DNA from: a virus
IMG/VR virus record: IMGVR_UViG_3300049847_000494
Coordinates: 68,977-132,976 of that record
Strand: one strand, 5' to 3'
Length of the DNA: 64,000 nt
Shown here: in pieces, positions 1-9,484 of the stretch
Layout of the letters: each line of letters begins with the position of its first letter
How positions within the stretch are numbered: position 1 is the stretch's first letter
The notes under the pieces: model-generated
What the model saw: the letters and a program-made list of their open reading frames with translations, nothing else
Told to the model about the DNA's origin: nothing
The model's database searches: none
Made by a program: the position numbers and the translations under genes

Positions 1-442
1 CTAATCTAGACCATACAGTAGAATTTAGTAATAGGCTCTCACGAATAGATGTCTGTTCTGATGATACTCGTAGACCAGCCATAATAAGACCAATAGCCTT
101 GGAAGGCTTATGCCTGGTAAATCTAACAGCCTTAGAGGGTCTTGTAATCTTAGTATTTTTAGTATTTTTAGTATTTTGATCTATTTTAGCTTTAGTACGT
201 CTAAGCTTTAATAGCTTATGATCTCTATCAGTTCTAATCTTCATAGTATGAACACCAGAAGATTCACTCTCCTGTGTACGCTCCGCACGATAATGAAGCT
301 TATACTTACGTAGAAATGACTTAAAAGCTTTCAAACGAGATTTATCAGTCAGACCGTAATGTAATATTCCGTCATCTGATAAACCCTGAAAATCTAATCC
401 ATGTTGTACAGCAAGCTGCTTGATTATAGCCTTGCCTCTCAT
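1..442 (-). CDS. Hypothetical basic protein, 3'-truncated by the window edge
   Basis: Manual translation from ATG at 442 is open to base 1 (MRGKAIIKQLAVQHGLDF...). It contains a 9-bp repeat x3 at 151-177 (NTK x3). Not in the ORF track because no stop lies in the window. Confidence 0.6.
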   Translation of the reverse strand, partial: MRGKAIIKQLAVQHGLDFQGLSDDGILHYGLTDKSRLKAFKSFLRKYKLHYRAERTQESESSGVHTMKIRTDRDHKLLKLRRTKAKIDQNTKNTKNTKITRPSKAVRFTRHKPSKAIGLIMAGLRVSSEQTSIRESLLLNSTVWSRL

Positions 443-444
443 AT

Positions 445-581
445 TTATGGGCAAATTACTTCCCCTTTGTTAGGAAAGTTGAGGCGAGCAAACTCACCAA
501 AATAATGAATAGCTGCTTGATCATAGGCTAAAGCGGTTTCTTCCTCTGTTTTAAACAGACCAAGATGGTTTTATTTTTCAT
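445..581 (-). pseudogene. Frameshifted AP2 DNA-binding domain remnant, probably from an HNH-AP2 homing endonuclease
   Basis: The minus strand reads [32 protein letters not shown], a match to the C-terminal half of the AP2/ERF consensus. The ATG at 581 (MKNK) is out of frame with it. Confidence 0.7.
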
Positions 582-582
582 T

Positions 583-912
583 TTACCTTCGTGTTCTATT
601 GATAAGATCAGCTAAATCTTGAAGCTGTTTTCGCTTATCTTCAGTAGTAACAACAGGCTGACTAATGATTGTTTGTACTTCTTCTTTTACAGCAATTTCT
701 TTCCCTTTAGCCTTACCAATTTCTAAAGCTGCTGCAACTCGCACAGCCGAGAGCTGTTTCTGTAGATTGACTGCAGGTGTATTAGACGGTATAATAGGAT
801 CTACAGTTTTCCTAGTCACTAACTTGTAAAAAAAGTAGAGTACTATAGGTAAAATAGCTAATAAATATAGATATTTCTCTTTTAGCCATTTTTTAAATAA
901 AATATATTGCAT
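583..912 (-). CDS. Membrane-anchored hypothetical protein
   Basis: N-terminal hydrophobic segment YLYLLAILPIVLYFFY followed by a helical tail. Confidence 0.55.
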   Translation of the reverse strand: MQYILFKKWLKEKYLYLLAILPIVLYFFYKLVTRKTVDPIIPSNTPAVNLQKQLSAVRVAAALEIGKAKGKEIAVKEEVQTIISQPVVTTEDKRKQLQDLADLINRTRR

Positions 913-935
913 AAAGTTAAATAATATTTTACTTG

Positions 936-1460
936 CTAAATTTTAAGATTAGGTGGTACCCTTGTGTTTTGAACTAGACCTTGAGTATATAGGTACTCAG
1001 TAGATTCTTCTAAATTATCCGGTGCCCAGAAGGAAGATACACCAGCCTGTAAGTCCTCTAATGTTACCTTGTTTTTGACAAACATATTTGCCATCTCAGC
1101 AACAATCTTAGGATCTTTAATAGCAAGCTCTTCCATACGCTTAATAAAGTTCATTAAATACTGCTTAGGTAGTGCACGCTGGAGAAATTCATACCAAGAG
1201 TCTTCGAGATCTATTATATCCCAAAGCTTATCCTTAGGAGCATATTGAATAATAGCTTTTTGCTGGTCAAGTGGTAATACAGGAGGCTTAGCCACAGGTG
1301 TATTCAGTTTCTTATCCACAAGGTCTGTGACTGTAGGCTTAGTATATTCCATAGAGTTTAAAGTTTGAGCACCTTCTAAGCTTTTTTGTACTAAGCTCTT
1401 TAAAGCATCTATTTCTTCTTGTGTAAACAAAGAAGATAACTTCATCTCTTTTTTAGTCAT
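936..1460 (-). CDS. Hypothetical protein
   Basis: 174-aa ORF tightly packed in the minus-strand run. Confidence 0.55.
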   Translation of the reverse strand: MTKKEMKLSSLFTQEEIDALKSLVQKSLEGAQTLNSMEYTKPTVTDLVDKKLNTPVAKPPVLPLDQQKAIIQYAPKDKLWDIIDLEDSWYEFLQRALPKQYLMNFIKRMEELAIKDPKIVAEMANMFVKNKVTLEDLQAGVSSFWAPDNLEESTEYLYTQGLVQNTRVPPNLKI

Positions 1461-1471
1461 AAAGGTTCACC

Positions 1472-2410
1472 TTAACGAATTTTATGCAATTTCGTTGTTT
1501 TAGTAAAAGGAAAAGAAAATTTCTGTGTACCCTTGAAAGATAAGGTAAGCTCTTTTAACATGAAGCTTATTGGCTTAATGATAGGAATAGGTGTAGCTGC
1601 TTCTGCGTAGCTTACGGTTATGTGTGGTACGTAGTTAGGAAATGATTCTAAATCAAGACTATCCGGATATTGTGTAGTTATTGCTGTAATTAAGTCTTCA
1701 CGTAGAGTTTCTAACTCAGTGGAGTTAACCCTGGCAAAATAAGGATCTACATCCTTATCTGTAGAAAATTGCGACCCGCCAGTAATATTTACCTGAAAAA
1801 CTGTGTGCTTAGCACATTCTGACCTTATAATACCTTTTATACCTTCAAGAACGTCGTCATCCTTAAGGTCAGGGAGGAATAACAACGTAACATGAGGAGA
1901 GTCCCCTCTGTAGACATCATCTTCTAACATACGAAAAACTATATTTTCAAATATATTTTTAGGTATCTGCGCTTCGATAATAGAAGATGTATGCTTTTTA
2001 GCTAAAATTGGCGATTTAGTTATAGTCGATTGTATATTTGAAAAATTTAAAAAGAAGTTGTGATAGAAAATTTCAGTAAAATAAACATCTGTTGTCGATA
2101 TAACAGTTGTATCATTTAATACGCCAAAAAATTCTTCTCTACCAATCTGAACACGAAGCTTTTTATTGATAGAGTAGCGTAAAAAGGAATACAGCTCTTT
2201 AGCTGCATCGACTGACATATCAGACCAAAGTAACTCTATTTTAATAGAGTCATCAAATGTAGATCCTGTTGCTGAAGACCGGATAAACGTGATAGAATAG
2301 TGTCTTTCATTTAAAGAAATTTGAAGATCAGATCCTGTATACTTTGATAAAGCTTTGGTAGCATCCATAGGGTCTGTGATATCAGAAGACCCTAACACTA
2401 TCTTTAGCAT
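1472..2410 (-). CDS. 2H phosphoesterase (2'-5' RNA ligase/LigT/Acb1-like) with an N-terminal extension
   Basis: Two HxT motifs (SPHVTLLF and VPHITVSY) about 90 aa apart in the C-terminal half. Confidence 0.8.
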   Translation of the reverse strand: MLKIVLGSSDITDPMDATKALSKYTGSDLQISLNERHYSITFIRSSATGSTFDDSIKIELLWSDMSVDAAKELYSFLRYSINKKLRVQIGREEFFGVLNDTTVISTTDVYFTEIFYHNFFLNFSNIQSTITKSPILAKKHTSSIIEAQIPKNIFENIVFRMLEDDVYRGDSPHVTLLFLPDLKDDDVLEGIKGIIRSECAKHTVFQVNITGGSQFSTDKDVDPYFARVNSTELETLREDLITAITTQYPDSLDLESFPNYVPHITVSYAEAATPIPIIKPISFMLKELTLSFKGTQKFSFPFTKTTKLHKIR

Positions 2411-2413
2411 AAA

Positions 2414-2695
2414 TTAAACCTCTATTGTATATTTACCGGAGGAAGGATCTTTCTGGAGCCAAACAGCGGTCTCTTCCAGTTTAGTCTCCCAGTAAGGCGT
2501 CAACACAATCTCAAATATTTTATTATTACGAGGATCCGTAGTTATTTTATTGATTTTACCTAGTAACTTGCTAACTTTTTCAGGACCATACTCAGCAAGC
2601 ATTTCATTAACTTTAGCAAAATACGTATCAGTATAATCTGCTTTGATTAGATTACGCAGTTTAGAAGCAATATATACAAGTTTAGTATTAGTCAT
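2414..2695 (-). CDS. Hypothetical protein, possible internal virion protein
   Basis: ORF overlaps its neighbour; N-terminal KLVYIASKL...LIKA leader. Confidence 0.5.
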   Translation of the reverse strand: MTNTKLVYIASKLRNLIKADYTDTYFAKVNEMLAEYGPEKVSKLLGKINKITTDPRNNKIFEIVLTPYWETKLEETAVWLQKDPSSGKYTIEV

Positions 2696-3029
2696 GACTA
2701 ACCTTATTCAAATCCCTTAATAACTTTTTAATGTTCTTATCCCACTCAGGGCTACTCAACATAGACTCAATAGTTTCCCGGAGCTTACGTTCATAACCAG
2801 GATGTGTAACAGCAATAGGACTGTATTCAGGATAAGCTGGTCGATTTGAAGGTCCCCATGGATGAGGACCAGCATAACCTACCAACATATAGTACAAGGT
2901 ACGAACAAGCTCTGATTTAAACTTAGCCTTAAATTTTTCTGTGTCTATATCATTATATTTAGACTTAGAAGCTTTTTTATGAAGCCCTGCCCATAACTCT
3001 GCATCAGTAGGTTTTTGATTTGAATCCAT
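2688..3029 (-). CDS. Hypothetical protein
   Basis: Translationally coupled ORF. Confidence 0.5.
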   Translation of the reverse strand: MDSNQKPTDAELWAGLHKKASKSKYNDIDTEKFKAKFKSELVRTLYYMLVGYAGPHPWGPSNRPAYPEYSPIAVTHPGYERKLRETIESMLSSPEWDKNIKKLLRDLNKVSHD

Positions 3030-3598
3030 TATTTTGAATTAATTAAATATTTCTTACAAACTTCAGGGACTTCAGCTGCAGCGATTCTCTTCTTACGATC
3101 AACTGTGCTCTTAGCAAGCTTCTGACCACCAAGGTATTTTTGAAGCATCTTAACAAGAAACTTAGTTACATTAGAAGCATCTTTAACTGATGCAGCACCA
3201 GAAGCTGCTAAATAATCACTAATTTGCTTTAGTGGCTTAGAAATCTCAAAAGGAACCATACCACGACCATTAACAAAGTCAGCAAAATCCTTAATAACAG
3301 CAGGTGATACTTGTGGCTTTGGCTCAGTTACCAAAACAGGTGGTTTTTGGTTTTGCATCTTAGGTCGTTCCTTTTTTGCAGGAATATTACCTAAGTCATC
3401 AATCTCTTGTTGCTGCTTAAGAAATTCTTCAGGACTAAGCTTTTCAGGCTTTTCAGTAGGCTTTTCCGCGGGGGCATCTTTAGAGGTGAAGAACTTACGC
3501 CACAAACTTTTTTCTTGATCAGCCGTTACAAGATCTTGTCCTACCTTGTTAAGTACATGGGCTACAGTTAGTAAACGCTTCTGAGTATCTTTTTTCAT
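3029..3598 (-). CDS. Hypothetical Lys/Pro-rich protein, possible head protein
   Basis: ORF downstream of the capsid gene; leader RLLTVAHVL...LVTA. Confidence 0.5.
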   Translation of the reverse strand: MKKDTQKRLLTVAHVLNKVGQDLVTADQEKSLWRKFFTSKDAPAEKPTEKPEKLSPEEFLKQQQEIDDLGNIPAKKERPKMQNQKPPVLVTEPKPQVSPAVIKDFADFVNGRGMVPFEISKPLKQISDYLAASGAASVKDASNVTKFLVKMLQKYLGGQKLAKSTVDRKKRIAAAEVPEVCKKYLINSK

Positions 3599-3667
3599 TG
3601 AAATTTTCCCAATCTATAAGCTATAAGTAGCTTATAATTAAAGCAAACAGATGTTATAGTAACAAAT

Positions 3668-3713
3668 AACTATTGTGTTAAATAGCAAAAAACTATTGTA
3701 TTAAAAAGCAAAA
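3668..3713. repeat. Tandem 23-bp direct repeat (2 copies)
   Basis: AACTATTGTGTTAAATAGCAAAA / AACTATTGTATTAAAAAGCAAAA. Confidence 0.7.
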
Positions 3714-3741
3714 AACCTTGCCCGTTGCCAGACAAGGTTTC
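3709..3741 (-). terminator. Rho-independent terminator after the major capsid gene
   Basis: Minus strand AAACCTTG-TCTGGCAACGGG-CAAGGTTT followed by a T run. Confidence 0.75.
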
Positions 3742-3764
3742 TTTTACAACTTCGTTACTAAAAG

Positions 3765-4898
3765 TTAGACGCGAGTACCGCGGCTTACTGCACGACTGTT
3801 ACCAAGAACCTGAGCTTGGATGCTCTGTAGGAACCAACCACGTGAAGGTTCGCCAAATGCATAACGGTCGATAGCACGGCTATCAAGCGCCTTGATCTGG
3901 CAAAGAGTACCTAGTGTCACAGGTGCGCCTGTGATGAATACTTCACCAGGATTAAGAACCTGGAGAGTGTGGTAACGGTAACCATCAGTGATGATTTCCA
4001 TACCAAGGATCGAACCAAGACGACCCTCAAGCACTAGCTCATGCTTCGAAACCTGGTCAAACCAAGCAACGAATTCACTGTGCGAAATGATATCGTTCCA
4101 GATATCAAATGCGATGGTAAGAGTTGCAGCAGGAATACCCCAACGGTCAACTGCAGTCCTCATTGTAGTAAGAACTGAAGGTGTGAATGAAGGGAATAGG
4201 GTAAGGTCGTTATACGAAGTAGCCGCCTGTACCATCAGTGCACGAGTGATAAGGTCTTCCTTACGCATAACTGCTTCAAGACCATCCTGGAACTTCTCAT
4301 CCAGTAGGTCTGTAGAAGCCTGTGCAATTTCCTTATCTTCAATAAGGATGTTGCAGTTGACATAGTAGTTAGGAGGATAGATGTAGGTCTGACGAATCCT
4401 CTGAGGTTGAACAGCTGCATCTGAAGTAACTTGATAAGCTACTACGTCCTTCTTACGGACTTTGACGCGAGCATCTCGACCAGGAGCAACATCCTGTACA
4501 GCAAAAAGCTTACGAGCAAAACCTTGACGACCAAGGGTTTCCCAGATCTCATCACTGAATACTTCACCTAAACGCTGAAGCTTGTTACCTGATACGTCAT
4601 TGAAAGCTTCCACAAGATGAGCATGACGCTCTGCAGCAGCTTCCTTAGTAATACCATTAGAAACTACAGTCTCAGTGCTAGCCTGCTTGACAAGATGACC
4701 AATAGCCTGTAGTAATTCTTTTGTGCTTGAAGCGTTAATCTCGCCATTAGCACCAAAAGCAGCTTGGTTACTAAGACGAGTAACCCCACCAACACGAACA
4801 CCACCACGAAGACCATCTTGAGATACAGCAGGAACATCACGTGCACCAGCCATCACTCGGACAGGCTTGTTTGCACCAGGGGCATACGGATTATGCAT
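3765..4898 (-). CDS. Major capsid protein (HK97 fold, encapsulin/linocin-like subtype)
   Basis: 377 aa; RQGFARKLF, spine helix LLDEKFQDGLEAVMRKED, GRLGSILGMEII, LNPGEVFI; strong AGGAG RBS, distinct codon bias and its own terminator. Confidence 0.8.
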   Translation of the reverse strand: MHNPYAPGANKPVRVMAGARDVPAVSQDGLRGGVRVGGVTRLSNQAAFGANGEINASSTKELLQAIGHLVKQASTETVVSNGITKEAAAERHAHLVEAFNDVSGNKLQRLGEVFSDEIWETLGRQGFARKLFAVQDVAPGRDARVKVRKKDVVAYQVTSDAAVQPQRIRQTYIYPPNYYVNCNILIEDKEIAQASTDLLDEKFQDGLEAVMRKEDLITRALMVQAATSYNDLTLFPSFTPSVLTTMRTAVDRWGIPAATLTIAFDIWNDIISHSEFVAWFDQVSKHELVLEGRLGSILGMEIITDGYRYHTLQVLNPGEVFITGAPVTLGTLCQIKALDSRAIDRYAFGEPSRGWFLQSIQAQVLGNSRAVSRGTRV

Positions 4899-5049
4899 TT
4901 AAAATTCTCCTAGAAAAAATGAAATTTGTTGTTTATGAACCATGTAAGTCAATTAGTACATTTCTAATGTGGTTGCTGGGATATCCAGCAGCGTACTAAC
5001 CACTCTTATATTTTGGGAGGATATAACTACCTTAACTTAGGAGATGATA

Positions 5050-5310
5050 CTAAACAAACCTAAGAACTGTAGACCGTACATACCCAGTAGCAAACTCTGT
5101 ATCAGGGTCTATTGCCAATACAGGGGAGGTAGAGTTAAGAGGTACAACGATAGGTTTAGCCCGTGAAGACGTAATCCTTAATACGTTATCTACAACCTTC
5201 TTAGACTCAAAAGTTGTGTCTAAGTAGGAGACAGTAACACTAATATCAATAGTGTTATCATCTTGTATTGTATTAGTCAGCCCAGTAACACTACCAGATT
5301 TAGTAGTCAT
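5050..5310 (-). CDS. Hypothetical protein
   Basis: 86-aa beta-rich ORF. Confidence 0.5.
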   Translation of the reverse strand: MTTKSGSVTGLTNTIQDDNTIDISVTVSYLDTTFESKKVVDNVLRITSSRAKPIVVPLNSTSPVLAIDPDTEFATGYVRSTVLRFV

Positions 5311-5333
5311 GAAAATATATAACTATTAAAACA

Positions 5334-5516
5334 TTAGTCGTCACCAAGCAAAAACCGAAGACTGTGTAGCTTTGAGGCTAATATTGTACCCTGATAATCT
5401 CCGCGATCTAAACATGCATAGATCTCTTTGACGGTTAAACCTTTACTCTCAGCAAGTTTTAGTTGATGTTCGCGTATAGTTGACTCAGTAACTTCAATTT
5501 CTTCTATGGTGTCCAT
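5334..5516 (-). CDS. Hypothetical protein
   Basis: 60-aa ORF directly after nrdJ. Confidence 0.5.
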   Translation of the reverse strand: MDTIEEIEVTESTIREHQLKLAESKGLTVKEIYACLDRGDYQGTILASKLHSLRFLLGDD

Positions 5517-5520
5517 AATA

Positions 5521-8500
5521 TTAACTACACTTAGAATAAGAGCAATCTAAACAACTAGCGCAGCCTTCCTTATAGACTAACCGTTCACTAGCACATTCAG
5601 GACATTTCTTAGTACCAGGCTTTGTACCATCCTTAATATAATTCTTAAGGACACGAGAAACAGCTTTAGAAAAACTAAATAGTTCATCTTCCTTATCAGA
5701 ACCTTTAGTTAGTTGCTCCACGATATATTGAATAGGTACACCATGACGTAATGATAAAGAAATAGTTCTGGTAAATGAAGCATTAGTTTTATTTTCGAAT
5801 ACACTGGTTATATCTTTTATTACTGTTTCATTATCAGTTGTCTCAAAATCATAATGAAGATCATATCTTGAGATATTACTACCTGTAACAGAATGTTTAA
5901 CAACCTTCCCCTGCTTAACCCTACGAGGTATTTGGATAAATTTAGATAATCCACCAAAAACTTCATATGGTTTATTTTCAAATAAACCTACAATGAAAGT
6001 CCATTTTTCACCATTTACTGTAGCATGAACTATATCACACAGTAGCTCATTACCCCGTTTAGGTGAGTGATTTTCAGTAAATATACTACTTACAATCTTA
6101 TTGCCATCAATCTTAGCAGCTTCAATAACAGCTGTCATAGTACCAGCACGATAAGTCGTTATACCCTTAATTCCATTTTCATAAGCATAAAGATATACTT
6201 TTTGAAAATCCTCATAAGCGTAATCATTAGGTATATTTACTGTCTTGCTAATAGACATATTAGTAAAATGAGCACATACCGTTAAAACACTTAAATGGTC
6301 CTCTATAGAGAGTTCCTCTGAGGAGGTAAAAGCACCTGCTGCTTTCATATCAGCAAATTTATCCCCATAATAGGACTTAGCGAATTTCATACCATAATCT
6401 TCTACCAAAGTAGAAACTACTAAGCCTCGATTCTTATCTATCTCATAATTTTTACCTTCAAAAGTACCAGCTAAAACCTGTTCATCACCACGTTTAGTAA
6501 ATTTAAACACAGCAGTTTCAAACCACTCACCTTTACCTACCTCAGGATAAATTAGTCCTTTAACAAGTAACTCACGACAACGATTTTCGGGTACAATAGA
6601 CCACCTGTAATAACCATCCGCATTAAATACAGGCTCAATACCGCCAGACACATTGCGAGCATAAATACCAGTATTACCAGTAGGAGCATTCATAGATTGA
6701 TGACTGTTACGCATACAACCAATAAGTTGAACCTCCTCTTTAACACTAATATCAATACTACTCCACCAAGCAGAAGAAAAATACTTATCAGCATCAAATA
6801 AAGGAAAAGAACCCTTCTCAGCACCTAATCTTGCACTAGCTAATAACTCCGTCTCGCTCTTTAACCTAAATATAGATTCAACTAATGTTAGGGAAGCAGG
6901 TGAACCATACTTAATACCTAGCATAAGATGAAGAGATCCTAAGCCCATTACACCCAAACCAATACGACGCTTAGCGACGATTGATCGATCATATTCTGGC
7001 AAAGGGGTAGGTGATATATCGTTAATATTATCAAGAAAACGAATAGCAGTAGCTACAGAAGTACGGAAAGACCCAAAATCAAAAGTAAGTGAACCAGGTG
7101 AAACCTCCTTAACAAAGGTAACAAGGTTCAGAGAGCCTAATAGGCATACACCAGTAGCCATGGCTATCTCCCCACATTGCATTACATGTATGCCTATGTA
7201 GGCAGGAGGTTTATCATCCTTGGTTTTTATATCTGTAACTATAGATACTGTATGATTATCATCTACTGTTAAATTATATACAGTATGTTCACCTTCAAGC
7301 TCAACTACTGAAACTACTTTATGATTGTAGTTTCTTCCTGCCTCGGTAACTTCAACATAGGATTGAAAACCATAATCTGAGCCGCGTAATCTAAATGATA
7401 CTTTCTGAGCTTTACAGGCGTTTTCCCATTCTACTAAATCAGGATCTCTTTTTAGGTTAAAAGCAAGTTGTGACCATATTCTTGCTTGTTTTTGTTTACT
7501 ATCTAAAACTTGTTTTTTCAAGGAGTTTCGTGTACCGCATACATCAGAACAATAGGAAAGCTCCCTCCTTACATAAGGTTTCTTGCATTCAACTTGACAA
7601 CCTTCACAAATTTTTATTACGAACACTTCACCATCAATAATTTGAGCATTATACCCTTGCTCTAAAGCTAACTTAAGTGTTTTTTGAATTTTAACACTGA
7701 CGGTGCTCATACCTAGCTCGATAGCACATATTTTAGCTAGAGCTGTAGAACTTTTACCTAAAACAGTATGATGCATTTTTGAGAATGTAATAGGAAGTTT
7801 ATTTTCTTTGGCAAAAGCTTCCCATTCGTTATTAGAAAAAGGGCGACCCAGTTTTTTACAAAGCTCTAAAGCTCTAGCCTTGATCTGTTCTGATGCATTA
7901 CCGTAAAAATGCCCATTCTTTTCACCAGCACAATCTTCATTAGCATGAAGCTGTTGATGTTCTTTAAAGGTCATAACTTCTAAGTTGTTAACAGCATTAT
8001 TTAGACCGTTATAATCCTTATGATGTACAACGACCCCACCTTTAAGCCACCCACTAACTTCTTCTAAGTTCTCCTTTGAACCCCAAATTTCAGGATGATA
8101 AAACTTACCAAGTAAGCGATGCTCATAAAATTGAGCATTTCTAGGATTTCTAGTATCACAGGCAATCCTATAGTAATACTGAGAGTCTTTGGATGGTTTC
8201 TCTGGTGTTTTACTAAACCTTGGTAAGCTATCACCAGGTTGTAGATCTTTAGCTAATACTGTAGTACCGTCCCTTAGTAGACACTTATGGTCGGGTGTTA
8301 CATCAAAATGGCTATCATCATCTAAAGTTACTCTTACCAGCTTTTTCCCATAGCCTGTTATTCTTGGGTGTCGGGCTGTTTTAATCTCTACCATACCTGT
8401 TTCCTTATTCAAGGAATATACAGGTACGTCTACTTCTTCATCAGCTAATTGTTTAATAGGTACAGCATTTCTACCATCAGCTACTGCTATTAGCGTATCA

Positions 8501-9450
8501 CCAGAGAAGCATGGGTTAGTTGTCTTAATCTTATCGCACCAGTGAAGTGGATTTAGTCTATTAGCTAGACCTAAGAATAGTATACCTGGTTCATTTCTAT
8601 TATAGGTAGATTTAGTGATGAGCTCCCAGAGCTCTGAGGCTTTAACTGTTTCATAGACAAAAACAGGATAACCTTTAGCTTCCCAATCACTAATATCACC
8701 AAACCACTCTTCTTTATACTGTGGTATGCTTGTATCTGGATACTTTAGGTCCCATGTACTATCAGCGTATAAAGCTTCCATAAAAGCATCAGTAACACCT
8801 ACTGATACATTAAACTTAGTTAGCCTACCTGGAGTTTGTTTAGCTACTATGAAATCCTTAATATCCGGGTGCCAGATTTCAAGGATAAGCATTTGTGCGC
8901 CCTTACGGATCTTATTCTTTTCATTGGCTTGCTTTTTACCAAGAACTTTGGTACTACCTTGGGTAATAATTTCAGAGGACTTATCCCATAGTTCCATGAA
9001 CTTGAGTACACCTGGAGTACGTGCTCCTACACCATAGATGTAGGAGCCTGCTGGTCGTATGAACGAAGCATTGATACCATACCCACCCTCTGATTTGAGG
9101 GTTTTAGCTTGAGCTTTTAAAAGATTATAGATCCCTTCAATAGAATCAGGATCTTTCATTCCGATATCTTCAGGATTATGGACAAAGCAATTATATTGTG
9201 TTGTACCTTCTCTGCCTGGTACGCCTAGATTAGCTAGGATACGCCCACCGGGAATAAACCTATCATTATACAATATAGATTTAAAATCAGCTGCAATCTT
9301 AGCTCGTATTTCAGGCTTCTCAACTGATGCACAAGCTTCAGCTGCTCGATCCCAAGTATCTTTTCGGGAAGTTTCTGTGGGTGCTTTGTAATTATCTGAC
9401 CAGACCTGGTTTGAAATTTCGTCATATTCATAGTTATCGAATGTATCCAC
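5521..9450 (-). CDS. nrdJ: Class II (adenosylcobalamin-dependent) ribonucleotide reductase with an intein
   Basis: FIPGGRIL, YNCFV, RKGAQM, TNP|CGEI active site split by an intein, APTG, SISKTVN, KGITTYR, C-terminal TSCPD-like domain and CPEC...CLDC zinc ribbon. Confidence 0.92.
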   Translation of the reverse strand: MDTFDNYEYDEISNQVWSDNYKAPTETSRKDTWDRAAEACASVEKPEIRAKIAADFKSILYNDRFIPGGRILANLGVPGREGTTQYNCFVHNPEDIGMKDPDSIEGIYNLLKAQAKTLKSEGGYGINASFIRPAGSYIYGVGARTPGVLKFMELWDKSSEIITQGSTKVLGKKQANEKNKIRKGAQMLILEIWHPDIKDFIVAKQTPGRLTKFNVSVGVTDAFMEALYADSTWDLKYPDTSIPQYKEEWFGDISDWEAKGYPVFVYETVKASELWELITKSTYNRNEPGILFLGLANRLNPLHWCDKIKTTNPCFSGDTLIAVADGRNAVPIKQLADEEVDVPVYSLNKETGMVEIKTARHPRITGYGKKLVRVTLDDDSHFDVTPDHKCLLRDGTTVLAKDLQPGDSLPRFSKTPEKPSKDSQYYYRIACDTRNPRNAQFYEHRLLGKFYHPEIWGSKENLEEVSGWLKGGVVVHHKDYNGLNNAVNNLEVMTFKEHQQLHANEDCAGEKNGHFYGNASEQIKARALELCKKLGRPFSNNEWEAFAKENKLPITFSKMHHTVLGKSSTALAKICAIELGMSTVSVKIQKTLKLALEQGYNAQIIDGEVFVIKICEGCQVECKKPYVRRELSYCSDVCGTRNSLKKQVLDSKQKQARIWSQLAFNLKRDPDLVEWENACKAQKVSFRLRGSDYGFQSYVEVTEAGRNYNHKVVSVVELEGEHTVYNLTVDDNHTVSIVTDIKTKDDKPPAYIGIHVMQCGEIAMATGVCLLGSLNLVTFVKEVSPGSLTFDFGSFRTSVATAIRFLDNINDISPTPLPEYDRSIVAKRRIGLGVMGLGSLHLMLGIKYGSPASLTLVESIFRLKSETELLASARLGAEKGSFPLFDADKYFSSAWWSSIDISVKEEVQLIGCMRNSHQSMNAPTGNTGIYARNVSGGIEPVFNADGYYRWSIVPENRCRELLVKGLIYPEVGKGEWFETAVFKFTKRGDEQVLAGTFEGKNYEIDKNRGLVVSTLVEDYGMKFAKSYYGDKFADMKAAGAFTSSEELSIEDHLSVLTVCAHFTNMSISKTVNIPNDYAYEDFQKVYLYAYENGIKGITTYRAGTMTAVIEAAKIDGNKIVSSIFTENHSPKRGNELLCDIVHATVNGEKWTFIVGLFENKPYEVFGGLSKFIQIPRRVKQGKVVKHSVTGSNISRYDLHYDFETTDNETVIKDITSVFENKTNASFTRTISLSLRHGVPIQYIVEQLTKGSDKEDELFSFSKAVSRVLKNYIKDGTKPGTKKCPECASERLVYKEGCASCLDCSYSKCS
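7177..8511 (-). mobile_element. Intein (445 aa) with an HNH homing endonuclease and C-terminal Gln
   Basis: Starts CFSGDTLI; block B VTPDH; HNH VHHKDYNGLNNAVNNLE; block F VYNLTVDDNH; ends IHVMQ|C. Confidence 0.88.
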
Positions 9451-9484
9451 AAAATCTCCTTAAATTTAAGACTATTTACATGTT

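Noticed and set aside
3988-4365. Antisense ORFs in the track (for example 3988-4365, 15993-16394, 26959-27351, 33054-33359, 63713-63997)
   Set aside because: They are shadows of strongly supported genes on the opposite strand.
3765-4898. Cellular encapsulin rather than a capsid protein
   Set aside because: No cargo enzyme is adjacent and the context includes terminase, neck and fibre genes.
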